A DNA stretch of 64,000 bases from positions 22,010,001 to 22,074,000 of the forward strand of contig NC_086108.1 in assembly GCF_963921235.1 (NCBI RefSeq), written 5' to 3'. The notes beneath the pieces were generated by a model. The model saw nothing but the letters and a program-made list of their open reading frames with translations, did no database searches and was not told where the DNA came from. Source of the DNA: Mobula hypostoma. Lineage: Eukaryota. A program made the position numbers and the translations under genes. Positions 25,591 to 38,595 of this stretch are shown here, piece after piece. The first letter of the stretch is position 1; each line of letters opens with the position of its first letter.

Positions 25591-27722
25591 ATATTCAAAA
25601 AAATTTAAGCATTCCGAATAATTGTGTTTATAACACAAAGGGAGCATTTTAATATTTCCAGTTTGCAGCAAGAAAGCTGTAGATGTCAGCACTGGAGTTT
25701 ATTTCTACAAAGCAGGACTATTAACTTGTAAATTGGAACCCTGCCGGACATCAGTATAGGTTTATTTACTTGATAACTAGAGAATATAAAAACAAAGACA
25801 TGTTTGTAGAAGTGTTTTGCCTATATGCTGCAGCAGAGTGCATTGTTGTTTACTTTAAGAGGACTTGGGATGGGAGGTGAACACCTGCTATGTTTTCATT
25901 TTTATTCGTCCTAATGATCACACACTGGAATGCTCACTTTTAATTTGATAATATCAGCTGGGGTATTAGTTCATGGCACGGCATTGTTGTACAGTGATCC
26001 TAGGTCTACTATTCTGATCCATTTATAGAGAAGATCTTGAGTAAAAGAGATTTTTATTGGGCCAATCAATTTAAAAAAGAAGCTCTATATAAATGTGTGG
26101 GTGGATTTTCTGTGTTTCTTTGAAGCTCTGGAAGAAATAGCATCATTTGTTGGAAAAATCAGAGTATATTGCAAATAGTCAATTTTCTAATTAGTTTAAC
26201 TGATGATGGTCATAATGTTAGTGCAGTTTATTTCTGACTGCACAGGGAGTGGCGTGTAGCGCATGCAGTACTTCGATGAATTTAAATACTTTTTCCACTT
26301 AGCTGTAGGTTGATTATGTTTTCCATTTGAAAGACTCTTGCTTCCCATTTTATGTTTTTTTACTATTAGTTCTTCTTTGCAGAGGAGTTTGGGCTATTAT
26401 TGTCATGTTCACCGCAGTTGATGTTATAAAGTGTTAGAATTACAGCTGCTGCTTCTGCATTGAAACCTATCTCATATTTGTGGATTTTTTCTGTTGAGAC
26501 AGGAATCCAACACCACCTTCATGTACTTCACTAAACAAGATATTGCAGGAAATGCTCCATTAGGCAGCCAGATCTATTGGGTGAGAGCACGTGTTTCAGG
26601 TAGATGACTAGAGGATGTCTGTAGTGAAAGAATCTTCAAAAGCATGTTGATATTCTTGAATGTTAGATGGTGGTGGCAAAGTGTGTTTTTAAATTTGGTT
26701 GTGTAGGAATGGCAAAAAAATTATTCATATTTTGTCTTGGCAAATTGTCACAATTAAGGAAGAGTAATTACTGGCTGTGGGCCTTGAACTTTCATTGATG
26801 GTGCCTGTCTTTGATCTTTTAGTGTGTCACAAATTAGGCTGGTAGATGCAATGCCTGGTATGATAATGAGGCTGTTACTGGAAAATGAAGCAGTGTGAAT
26901 GTATACCGCATGAGGTCAAGAAGGGGCACTGCAAGATTGAATCGTCTGGCTCACTCTTTAAGCTTTCTGATGGAAAAAATGCTGTTAGAATAAGTTAAAA
27001 GGAGCCTTAGCCTTGTGATTAAAATTTGTGTTTTGTTTGAGGCTATAGTTGTTCGCTTAAAAGAAAGTAGGCAGATCCCCAACTGTCAAAACACCCTGAT
27101 AGATATTGTGACTAAAGTATGAGGCTAGAAATTTGTTTCTGTCCATCTTTGACTGTGCAGGATCACAAGCGAGTTATCACAGCCTGAAGCAAGAGTCAGC
27201 ATCTTCAGAAGAGGAGGTATATAAAGAGGAGCAAATGAAAGATTTTTGTTTCACATGTTGTTTTGGACTACCTTCTATTTTGATTATTCAAATTGTTTGT
27301 TTATTAGGCAAGGTGGCTGGTTTAGCTTTGTATTTTCAATGTAGATTTCACACAATCTAAGTATTATAATCAGACCTGAGAAGTGGAATGAGTGAGATAG
27401 ATTTTTTTCTGTTTCTATGTAATATTTTGAAAGACAATGTATTGTTAACAAAATTTTCAGATCTGCTTAGTATGCATTAGAGTTAGGGTACCGTTCTTAA
27501 GAGAACAGATTTTGCATAATAACAGTTTGGTATTATATGTGTTAAATCATGAATAAGATGATTCATCATCACTTGGAAGAGGAATCTGAGTATCACTTGC
27601 TTAACACTCTACCACATACTGTACTTCCTTACATCAAGTGGTTTATAACTTGGATTTATTTGCATCACCAGCCACTCTTTCCATCGGCGGGCCAGCCTCA
27701 TCTTGGTGCCAGCTCGGTGCCA

Positions 27723-27858
27723 ATGCAGTCATGCTCGATAACAACTCCCTTGTCAACGCTGGTGTTTTCATTTTGTCACCACTGTACAGTGCAGGCCTCC
27801 GGCGAATATGGCTGTCTCGGAGATCAGCCAAGTCCCAGCTCTCCTTTCGGTGCATGTG
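27723..27858 (+). CDS. RASAL2: Candidate alternative first coding exon of RASAL2 (MQSCSITTPLSTLVFSFCHHCTVQASGEYGCLGDQPSPSSPFGAC-); the ORF is open back to ATG 27549
   Basis: Non-repetitive, CpG-retaining island ending in consensus donor TG|gtaagt at 27858/27859. The phase-1 end joins the 38498 exon in frame (G+AG=Glu). The start codon is uncertain. Confidence 0.55.
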
Positions 27859-28637
27859 GTAAGTTGGTGGAGTTACACGAGTTTTTGTTTAAAAGCTTAT
27901 ATGTTCAGTGTACCAAACACATTGCTTGATTAGCAAGATTGGGGCAGTATTACATTTGCTTGCACTGCAGTTTCTCATACATTCAGAAGTGTTTCCTTGC
28001 TAGAAAACGCTGGTCATGAAAGATGTTTTGATCACAGCAGGTAATGTGATTATGTAACTAACAATCAGTGAGGAAGTTGATGCTTGTAGAGTGCCAGTTA
28101 TTTACCTCAGGTAGCATGATAGCAATTGATGGCACAAGCATGTGAAAAGAATTGAGTTGAATTATTGATTGGTCTAATTTTGTTTGAAACGTTAGTTTCA
28201 CTAATTCTTAAACCAAATCATAGCATCCTAAACCATTTGTGGGGCAATACTAACCTTTGTTTGAACATCTGCATTTATTCCATTTGTATCTGTAGTGCCA
28301 ATTCAGAAAATTATATTCCCCATATACAACTGAATTATACTTGGAATTTGTGATGGCTTCTATAAAATGTCCAGAATTCACTCAGAAGTGTGAGTAATGT
28401 GTAAATGCCATCACTGAGTCACAGCTTGAGATTGCTTTTAAATCTGTTGATGCTTAATTCCCAGCACAAACCTCCATCCCCATCTCTTCCCCACCAATTC
28501 TTGTTCCATTCAGTTTGTACTTTCTCACGGCACATACGGATTATGAGTTGCCCATGTTGTAGTCCATTTAATACAACTTAGTCAGATCCAGTATACCCTG
28601 AGGGTAGGTATAAATTTCAGATTTGATAAATATGTAA

Positions 28638-28950
28638 AATAGTCATAGTCATAGTCATACTTTATTGATCCCAGGGGGAAATTGGTTTTCGTTACAGTTG
28701 CACTATAAATAATAAATAGTCATAGAACCATAAATAGTTAAATAGTAATATGTAAATTATGCCAGTAAATTATGAAATACGTCCAGGACCAGCCTATCGG
28801 CACAGGGTGTCTGACCCTCCAAGGGAGGAGTTGTAAAGTTTGATGGCCACAGGCAGGAATGACATCCTATGACGGTCTGTGCTGCATCTCGGTGGAATGA
28901 GTCTCTGGCTGAATGTACTCCTGTGCCCACCCAGTACATTATGTAGTGCA
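28638..28950 (-). mobile_element. Rex1/Babar 3' end with (GACTAT)n tail
   Basis: atagtcatagtcatagtcatactttattgatccc; minus ORF GHRSTFSQRLIPPRCSTDRHRMSFLPVAIKLYN. Confidence 0.85.
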
Positions 28951-30147
28951 CAGCCATGTGTCCATGGAGAGGTAAAGCCAAACAAATATCAATGGAAGAA
29001 GTTCTGCTAATCTAACCATGATCCAAGCATCTTGATTACAATCGTCCATTTCTGTATTGGTTTCTTCCATTTAAAGCCATACAGTATGTTGGAAGGTTAT
29101 TGTCTCACTGCTGGCTAAAGAATGACTGAGAACATGCACTTTTATAAGAGTCTGAATTATAAAAGCTATGAATTTCCAAGCAGAATGCCAAATAATAATT
29201 TGAGATCTGCAGCTTGAGCTGCTTACAGATGAATAGAATTGTTGATTTCACCTATTTCTGATATTAGTTGGGTCTTGCTGAATTATAGCTTTTTCTATAT
29301 TTGTTGCAAAAACACCAGAGCCTGTTTGTGATTCTAATCAAAAACTAATGCAGGGCAATGAAATATTTCCTGTAAAATACCTAATATATAATTACTTAAG
29401 TCTGCCCATTTCCTGTGATGGTCACTGAACTGTACCAGCAGAGTATGGTGAGGCAGGGAAGGTAATGTTGCTTACTAGTTATAAAAGCACATTTATTAGT
29501 TATTTTTGCTTAATGACTTCACGATAACTAAACCTGGTGAAGAGGTTGAGCTGAAATATTAATTCTGTTTCTTTCTGCACAAATTTTGCCTGCCTTGTTG
29601 AATATTTCTGGCATTTTCTGTTTTTATTTCAGATTTCCAGTATCTGCAATATGGTTTTCTCTCGGAAATTGCTTTGATTTGGATTAAAACTATATTAGGT
29701 TATTAATTGCAACTGCATTCGTAGTTGAGATCTGATTAATCCAATTAACAGTTTCATATGCAAACTATTAATTTTTATGTTGATGGTTACATTAGCTATG
29801 TTGTGTTCGTATGCTCAACGGGGTCAAGAGTGTAACGGAGTTACATGAAATATCCGGGACAGCTGGGTCTGAAGCTGGAATAGACCTAGTGTATTGTGGG
29901 CTGCAAGACTAGACTTTGACATACAACTTTCATGCTCAGTATGCCAGCAACTGAACAGTAGAGCTATAATGCAGTAGCAGTAAGCCGATCTGGAAACTTA
30001 ACAGTATGAATTTATTTGTTGATTTGATTTCCATGGATTACTTTTCTTGCGATGAGATTTGAAAGGGTGGTAATTATCTTGTTTTCTGCTCTATCTCTGA
30101 GTTTCCTGTAATTTGTGTCCAGGAAATGAGCGTGTTTTTTTGTTCCA

Positions 30148-30340
30148 CATATAGACCTGTACAGCACAGGAATGGGCCCATTGGCCTTGGATGTCTCTGC
30201 TGACCGTGATGCAGAATTTAATTGCACATCTGCCTGCATGTGGTCCATATCCCTCAGTTCCTCACCTGTTTGTACACCTGTCTAAATGCCTCTTAAATGT
30301 TGCTGTTGTATTGGCTTCCACCCCTTCAACATGCAATGGA
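30148..30340 (-). mobile_element. CR1 3' end fragment
   Basis: tacagcacaggaatgggccc..cacctgtctaaatgcctcttaaatg. Confidence 0.65.
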
Positions 30341-31338
30341 TGTATTTTTGAACATAACCTTGATATGCTGTAAGAGCAACGGTTTTAAAACTTATTCAGA
30401 GGATAAAGTTTGTGCTGCCAGTCTTCATAAATTAGATATTTGTAAGATACAAAATATAAGAAATACCAGTATTTATAGTGCTGTAGCGGGAGCCCCAGCC
30501 AGTTTTGTTTTTATAGCAATCCAGTACCTTGTTTTGTCTCTCAAACATATTGCGGTCATAATCTACATTGAAGCATGGTGTACATAATGCTTAAGGTTTA
30601 TTTGTAAAGCGTAGTAATTTCTTTCATTGCACCAAATTGATAGAAGGATTTGTTTGAGTCATAGAAAGTGATAAATAACTTAGTGTATTAAGTCTTAATG
30701 TATTAAATGATGTATTAAGTCTTGGCTGGAAAAATATTTCAGTCAGCACTTGTTCCTGAGCCATTTGTCTGACCCATCGACTGCAGGGAATAGTAAGTAA
30801 TTAATCATTAGTAATCAGCTTTGAATAATGGGGTTCTGTGGGGGAAATGGATCCATTAATTGAATAAACTGGATTCATACATCACATTCCTCTGGAATTG
30901 GTAGCAATAAGCCACTAAACAGAGGAAGCAGTAACACTGATGACTCAGATATTGTTGTTGTCCAGATTTCTTGTTATGCATTTCTGAAACTTGCAGTTAT
31001 AATGTTGATAACACAACCGACTTTCACCGTATTATGATCAACTGCTAAGACTCTACATCAGTCAAGACTAATGAGTAAATTACAGATAAGATTTTATGTA
31101 GATTCATCAAAGCACTTTAAAGAAATGTGATGTGTTCAGTATAATCTAAGTTGTAAAGAGATTAACTTCTTTTTCTGGTGCATAAAACAAAACTGCTGTA
31201 TGAACTCAATGGGTCGTAATTTATACTAGACTCCAGATGATAGCATCTGCATCTTAAGTGACTGTATTTTTGCAAGTCTATTGGTTTCTTAACCATCTCA
31301 GTGTATTCTCTGTTTTGGTGTCTGATGCTAAACCTGAA

Positions 31339-31881
31339 TGTAACGCCCTGGGAAAGGTTTCACTGCTAATGTAATGCTTTTTCTGTAGCAGCAGTGTTTG
31401 GGTTATGACTAGAGATAACGGGGGCTTTGGAATGTGCGCCATCCAATGAAGGGAGTGTTTTTTCTTGTTGTGTGCCTGAGACCCAGGTGATCTGGGTTCC
31501 TTTGTTTGGCGAGAGATGAACAGAGAAGACGCGAGAAAGGAGAGGTCATGGACAGCAGGACAGAGTGGGGCTGGGAATCAACGAAGCCCGGGGAAATCAA
31601 TGAAGGACCAACGAAAGGGAAACCATGAGCTCCAACATGCACATTAGACTGTTTCATTAAAATGGGCCCTCTCCTTTTCGTTTTCCTTTCGTTGAATTAA
31701 GAATTATAAAGCTAAATCGTTTAGTTGCACATGGTGTACTGTCTATTACTTCGTGGTACTGATTTGTAACGGGGGAACAGATCACACAGCATCCACACAA
31801 ACAAGAGATATTGCACCTCAGATTTCATAAGTTTGGCAAGTTTCCCTAGACTAACGCCACCAGCCGAACTGGAGGGTTACG
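31339..31881 (+). mobile_element. Solo LTR (~543 bp)
   Basis: Termini TGTAACGCCCT..AGGGTTAC(G); near-TSD tgaa/tgca; CCAAT near 31443. Confidence 0.7.
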
Positions 31882-33057
31882 TGCAATATAGAGCCATTTA
31901 CGAAAATAACTCAATGACAGTTGTGACCTCTCAAATTTTATAGTAAGCAGAGGTGACTTTTTTTTTTACAGAAGGCCCAGGTAATGTGATGTAAATCCTA
32001 ATGACTGTGACAGCGTGATCTGGGTAAAGCCCTTTATTTCCCTCTAGCTTCAATCCAAGGAGGCTGTTGCATTGGTTCAAGTTTGCCAATGCTAGACATA
32101 TGTACTAGACATACATAGATAGACATTGGCATGTGGTATATTAGTAATAATTCAGCACTCAGGTCATTGGGAGTGACAGACTACCAAATTTTCTGGACTG
32201 CTGGATATTACTCCTATTAATGTCCAACTATTTTTACATTTTATGCAAAATAAATTTTCAAAATATTAGTGAGTTTAAAGGGAAAAGGATATGTAAAGAC
32301 CCCGGCTCTTGCTGCAAATCTACCCATGTTTCCGGCCCTAACTCTAGCTCTGGCTGCATACCTCGTCCCTTTGATTCATGTTCCAAGAAGTGGGCGAGAG
32401 ATGCTATATGTAGGATTTCTGAATAATCAGAAGTGTTACTATATTTTCTGAATTTGATGTGGAGATGAATACAGCTGTAATTTATGAAGTGTAAACAGGG
32501 TATAAAACTTCACAACAATTTTTCAACAAGTATTAGATCCTCACATTTCAAAAGTAATATCAGGGTTGTTGGTTTCTCAACTAATCAAATCTGGTAATCA
32601 GTTCATGCAACAGACGGAGATGCAGCTTCGGTTGCTATTCATGAGGCAATAGGAAAGGTATATTGCATCCTTTTTAGTTGACAAAAGGCATCTAATGAAA
32701 TTCTTCCTGATATTTAATATTGTTATTTTGTCAGAAATGGCAATCAATTGGTGATAAAGAGACATTTCTGTCATTAATGAATATTTTATTGACATCTTTG
32801 TATGTTCTGTATCCTGAAGGAGTCGTTTATCGTGCAACTCCAGACTTTATCTTCTCTTCTTACCCTGTTTCATTTCAGTAATGCTCTTACCTTTCTTCAC
32901 TCCCAATTGGACAGATAGTGTTATTCTGAAAGAGTTAATGGCGGCTCTTACATATTCACAGGATAGCACAAACAACTGCTTGACTGATCTGGCCACAATA
33001 ACTACAGTTAATTTACAGCTATTATACACTTTCCTCATTCTATCCATACTCACAGAA

Positions 33058-33066
33058 CCCCCCCCC

Positions 33067-33098
<32 letters not shown>
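33058..33098. repeat. poly-C + (CA)n microsatellite
   Basis: Directly visible. Confidence 0.9.
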
Positions 33099-33101
<3 letters not shown>

Positions 33102-33857
33102 GTGCACAAGAATATGCTTATAGAGCCATGGACTTGCATACAGGTATGAACACACGGTATTCCCCCCCCCCCACCCCTTGGGTGCATGCTCTATATGTAT
33201 GGACCCTCTCCATTTTATTTTCATGGAATGTGGACAATGTGACTGTCCAGCTTTATTGCCCTTTTCAAGTTGTCCCTGGGAAGGTGGGAAGCTGCTATCT
33301 TGAATTGCTGCTGCCCTTGTGGTCTTGTTAAGAAATTTATTCCAAGATCTTGATGCAATGTTGATGAAGGAAGGGCTAAATAGTTCTCAGTGAGAGATGG
33401 TGTCTTGACAGGAAGGGAAAATTTTCCCCATTCATCCACTCTGCTGGCCCATTTTAGAATTTACGGTTCCTGCAATGTGAGTGTTGTCTAAAAGACATCA
33501 GTCAGTGGCTACACTGCATCTTGCAGATTGCACATGGCTGAGAGATTGTTCTCCACACTCTGATCTTTTCTTAACTACCATCAATTTTCACCGATTGCTG
33601 CTTGGTTTTCTGTTTTTCTCTTTTTTCTGTTTCTTCTTCTCTCTTCCAGGCTGGTCACCAAAGAGAGAACAGAAGCATTGGCGGATTTGATTCATTTTCA
33701 TTCATCCTTTACTGACCCCAGTTCAGTTGCTTTGACATTTAAAACCAGTGTTCTGGGGCTGTGCTTCAGCATAAAGTTAAGACCTGACCCAACCGCAGGC
33801 AAATTTAATCCAGACCAAGTTAGTGAATTTAGATTAATTTTTTTGATACCCAATCCA

Positions 33858-34030
33858 AATAGAAACATAGAACATAGAAAACCTACAGCAAAATACAGGC
33901 CCTTCGGCCCACAATGCTGTGCCAAACATATACTTACTTTAGAAATTACCTAGGGTTACCCATAGCCCTCTATTTTTCTCAGCTCCATGTACCTAGCCAG
34001 GAGTCTCTTAAAATTCCCTATTGTATCCAA
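33858..34030 (-). mobile_element. CR1 3' end, same subfamily as 58308-59950
   Basis: aacatagaaaacctacagca..ggcccttcggcccaca, shared with 58308. Confidence 0.85.
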
Positions 34031-34149
34031 ATCTGGCACACTGACAAGTCGTGGCTGACTTGGGTCAGGTAATCAACCTCTACAGAGTCCTGCTTATCTC
34101 CCTCTGGCAGTTGTATCCCATCTTCACACAACCCTCCCACAACCTTGCT

Positions 34150-34775
34150 CCAACTGTTGATTTTTCGCTTTTGCCTCTATTTCCATTGATCATTCACCTC
34201 CCACTGTCTTCGAGTGCCACCCCGCTCACCACCTCTACATGACACTATATGCTTGTCATCATACAACCCTCCTCAGTTCTCCAATGGCCTCTGAATCCTT
34301 TCTTGCCCCTCCCCTTCTCCTCTTAATGCCAGCCATCTCACCTCTCCACTCTCAGTGCTGACATACGGTTTCAACCTGAAACTCAACAATTTACTGAGTT
34401 CCTCCAGCAGATTGTTTGTTGCTCTTCTGTTCCCCGTCAGATGCTGTGATGGTGGCCCATCAATTCAGACTAAATATCCAGGTTTCAGAGGAAAGACGGC
34501 AGATCTAGTGTGTGTCTTCACCTATTTGGCAGCTTTCAATGGCTTCATTGGTACCCAGACAGCAATGGAGTAGCACTCAAAGGAGCTGGAGGAACACAGT
34601 GAGACAGACAATATCTATGGGGAGGTGGGGGTAGAAATTAACAATCGATGTTTTGGGTTAAGACCCTTCATCAGGACCTGAAATGTCAACTTTTAATTTC
34701 ACTCTATAGGTGTGGTCTGACTTGCTGAGTTCCTCCAGCTGCTTCAGATTTCCAGCATCTGCAGTTCTTATGTCT
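34150..34775. mobile_element. Penelope-like pseudo-LTR remnants, including a short inverted pair at 34575-34775 with a degenerate hammerhead
   Basis: gctggaggaacacag..ttttgggttaagacccttcatcaggac|ctgaaatgtcaac..ctgagttcctccagc. Confidence 0.6.
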
Positions 34776-35144
34776 CGGGATAGTACTGTATTTTGGATTC
34801 CTTTGAATTTCAGACAGTGTGCACATATTTCTTTTCGATAATATGCTTATTTATGAACTATGCTTCCTTTTTGCAGTGCTTCCCATGTTGGCCATTTCGA
34901 TGTGTTGCCAAAAAAGGTGCAGGATATCACAATGGTGTTAAGGTTTAGGTGGTTCTGGCCGGGTAGGGTAGAATAGAGAGCCAACTTAGAGCCTGGCATC
35001 TACACCAAAGCAGTACTATAAGCAAGTGGTGAAACTGATAATTAGCCTGGTCTACTGCCAAGCATTAGCAGCTGACAAAATTGCCCTTGTTTTGGGACAA
35101 AAACTTTGTAATATTTTTGGCAGATTTAGATAGCTTGACCTGCC

Positions 35145-35345
35145 AGACAACTGCATGTGTTGGAAATCTAAAATTAAAAAACAACATTCTGAAACTACTC
35201 AGCAGGTCAGCAGCATCTGTGGATTGAGAAAAATAGGTAATACTTCTGACGAAGAGTCTTTGACCTGAATGCTAACTGACTGGTATTCAATTTCTACTCA
35301 TGTTGCTTGACCTTCAGGGTGTTTCCAACACTTCCTGTTTGCATT
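35145..35345. mobile_element. Penelope-like pseudo-LTR remnant with degenerate hammerhead
   Basis: actactcagcaggtcagcagcatctg..ctgacgaagagtctttgacctgaatg. Confidence 0.5.
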
Positions 35346-36157
35346 TAAAACGAACTGCCTAGCTTGATCCAATATGAGTCTGAGGACATAAGAAACCAAC
35401 CCAATTTAATCCAATTTATGCATTCATGTTCTGTCAAGCCGAACACTATACTGTCATCAAATGAGAATGAAGTTGTTCAGAATTTTAATGTGAAGTTTTA
35501 TTAAATAAATGATTACTACATTATCAACAATTAATTCTGCAAAAAGTTATTTTGGCTGCATTTCCAGCCATTCATTATACATGTATTTATTGAAAGTGGA
35601 ATTGATTAAAGCTTGCCGATACAATCTTGGTTTAATATAATTAGTAATGTCCTTGCCAAGCACTTTTTAAAATATTGCTTCTGGAGTCTTGGCAATTTCC
35701 CCTGTGTTATAGAAATGAAGAAACAATGAGAGTGGCCTCAGTGAATGATTTTGCTGGGGAGACATTTTTAAAAGCTTAAAACCATCAATTATGAACTAAG
35801 AGAATCAGCTGGGTGACCCTGGATGAGAAGATGAACAAAGAAAGGAAGATGTTTCACCAAAAAGTGGAAAAGAATGAAGAAAATGCTGCAGAAGCTGAAA
35901 TTTAAAATACTTGTAATGGAATTCTCACAAATGCTTCTACTTTCTGGGAACTGTTGGTGATACGATTATTATCTACATGCGTGTAGAAACAATCAAAACT
36001 ATCTCCAAAAAAAATTTATCATTTGGCAGGCTATTTCAACATTGCTGTAATAAGAATAACAGTCAGACAGTTTGAAGTTGGGTGTTTACACTTCCTTTGA
36101 TTTGATGGGCCTTGCATTTGTGTTGCCCCTTACTATCTGTTCCACATTGCAAATTAC

Positions 36158-37250
36158 TGTCATGGTCTGGTCCATGAAGTCCGCATTCCGGTTCATGGTC
36201 CGGTCCATCGACCCTTGCTCCAGGTTTTCCTATCTACCCTGTTTCTGTTCCTGTTGAGCACTAATTGAGGCAGCTGATTCTCATTGGGGCTGGCTGCATA
36301 AATACCTCAAGAGACCAGGGCATGGCTGCTGGATTGTTCTTGTCCTTACTCCTTGTGTCCCTTCCCCTGCCTTCTGTTTCCTCGCCTGAAGCCTTGCCTT
36401 GTCTTGCTGGTAACTCTCGCCTTGCCTTGCATTGCCTGAAGCCTTGCCTTGTCTTGCTGGTAACTCTCGCCTCGCATCACCTGAAGTCTTGTCTTGGAGC
36501 CACCCTGTACCTAGCCCCCTTCCTGTCCCTTGCCTCTGCCAGGTAAGTCAGGCCGTCTTGCCGTTACCCTGCGGTGGGTTCTGTCCCTTCCTGTCCCTTG
36601 CCTCTGTTGGGTAAGCCAGGCCGTCTTGCCGTTACCTACGGTTGGTTCTGTCCCTTCCTGTCCCTTGCCTCTGCCAGGTAAGCCAGGCCATCTTGCCGTT
36701 ACCTACAGTTGGTTCTGTCCCTTCCTGTCCTTTGCCTCCATCTGGTAAGCCAGGCCGTATTGCCGTTACCCTGCAGTGGGTTCTGTCCCTTCCTGTCCCT
36801 TGCCACCGTCAGGTGGAGTACCGCGCCCTGCCCAGGAGTATCGCGCCCTGCCCAGGAAGAGCTTCAAGACCCCAAGCCTCTAGCCAAGCCTCGCCTCAAG
36901 CCTCTAGCCGAGCCTCGCCCCAAGCCAAGCTTCAAGACCCCAAGCCTCAAGCCTCTAGTCTCAAGCCTCGCCTCAAGTCTCTGGTCCCCAGCCTCACCTC
37001 GTCTCTTGTCCCCAGCCTCGCCTCAAGTCTGAAGACTCCAGCCTCGTCCTGCCTGCTAGCCAAGTCATGTCCTTGCCTAGTTCTGGGGTCCAAGCCAGAG
37101 GCAAGACCCAGGTTCTGGGTCTTTGTCCAGTCTCTGGCTCGGAGTCCCAGCCCGGGCTCCTAGCTCTCACCCTGTATCCTAGTCCTGTCCCTAGTACTTC
37201 AGTGTCTGTGTCTTGCACTTAGGTCCATTCCCAGCCACCACCTTATGACA
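36158..37250 (+). mobile_element. Solo LTR (1093 bp) with internal minisatellites
   Basis: TGTCAT..ATGACA termini; perfect 5-bp TSD ATTAC (36153-36157 and 37251-37255); TATA-like gcataaata near 36296. Confidence 0.88.
36517..36803 (+). repeat. ~68-bp minisatellite (4+ units) inside the LTR; further short repeats at 36385-36485 and 36860-37035
   Basis: Repeated cccttcctgtcccttgcctctgccaggtaagccaggccgtcttgccgttacc..ggttctgt. Confidence 0.9.
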
Positions 37251-38497
37251 ATTACATATTCTCTGTCTCTTCTCCAAGATTACAATGACATCACCCTTCA
37301 GCATAGGTCACATTCCAGGTATTTATCAGAAACAGTAAATAATTGTCCATATTACATCCTATCTCTTGTGGAGATCATAAAACTACAGTTAAATTTTGTT
37401 TAAGTCCCTATTATGATAATCTGCAACATGGTAAAATTCCTGATGTTCATAAGGAATATTAAAATAATTTTGTCATCTGACTTAAAATTAGTCTTCTATG
37501 GGAGCATCAAAACACAAAAGCTTACCAAGTATTGTAAAACTAAACCAATTAAGTTTAAACTCCACATCATGACTAGATAATTGTCAAGGATAGAACAACA
37601 TTCTTAGTATCATCTGAGGGGTTTTTTTGGTGGTTTAGAAGGTAGAACAAATAACTTGATTTTCTACTTTCTTTTAGTGATTAAACAGAGAAGTGAAGTG
37701 TAAAATTTTTTGTATGGCTTATCCTATATTTCCCACCATTATACTGTGATTATGCTGGTGTAATTTGAATTTGGCAGGAGAGAAAGTTGTGAACAGAGTC
37801 TGACATATTTTTCACTAAGCAGGTTACATCTATGGTGGAGATCTATGAAGACTTGAGATGCTGAGGTGGTGCTAAATTAATAGATCAGTTCCAATGTAGA
37901 CTAGATTATGTAGCTAAGGTGTAAAGTCTAGAGTGTCATAAACTCCATTGAAGAAAGAAAGACTGTTCACTGAAAAAAATGTGAGCGTATTTATTTATAA
38001 TGTCAAATTTTGTTAAGTTATGAATTATAGGGAGTAAGAAATTCCACATGTTTTTCCCTGTGGACTCTCTAGCCTTGGCTGAAAAGGTTTTTGACAGTGG
38101 GTATAACAAGAAGGACCATCCTAGCTCCCAAGTTGCAGACTATGACAACTCATTACCCAGTAGCAGCAGAGTACTGTGAAGGCTGCTTTACAATTGTCTT
38201 TCTTGGGCAAGTTTGAGAATTCTTAGTCTCCAGTTATTCCATGGCTCATGTCCCTGCCCTTGTCTTGCTGCAATGTAGTCTCATTTATGAAATGAATTTC
38301 AAAGCATTGAGACTTTTGGTACAAAGAGTTTGATTTACCTGCTGTGTGTGGTACTGTTCATTTCCAGTGAGTATTTGGAGACTTTATTCTGATGAATATT
38401 AAGGTTTCAGCAAAAGCAATCCTAATTCATTTTGTTTCTTCAACAGTACTGTGCTTAAATGAATCAAAAGCTGACTTTAGACATATATATGTTGCAG

Positions 38498-38595
38498 AGC
38501 CACCTGGAGACCGCTCCCCACGTCGTAGGAGTATATCAGGGCCAGGATCATCTGAGAAAGCAAATGGGATGGAGGACTCCACATCCCCATTCAAG
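38498..38595 (+). CDS. RASAL2: Internal coding exon of Ras GTPase-activating protein nGAP (RASAL2), just upstream of the GFFSKRLK exon
   Basis: Acceptor ttgcag|AG at 38497/38498 (phase 1). Translates (E)PPGDRSPRRRSISGPGSSEKANGMEDSTSPFK, matching recalled human RASAL2 EVPAERSPRRRSISGTSTSEKPNSMDTANTSPFK better than DAB2IP or SYNGAP1. In-frame phase-0 donor AAG|gtggcg at 38595/38596. Confidence 0.9.

Noticed and set aside
27638..27862. Alternative frames of the candidate exon (MVYNLDLF..RCMW; MAVSEISQVPALLSVHV)
   Set aside because: They end in phase 2 or phase 0 at the donor and cannot join the phase-1 RASAL2 exon in frame.
36517..36803. Regular repeat array resembling a CRISPR array
   Set aside because: Units are contiguous with no unique spacers, lie inside a TSD-bounded LTR, and the context is vertebrate.
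36642..37163. 173-aa Pro/Ser-rich ORF
   Set aside because: Translation of LTR minisatellites.
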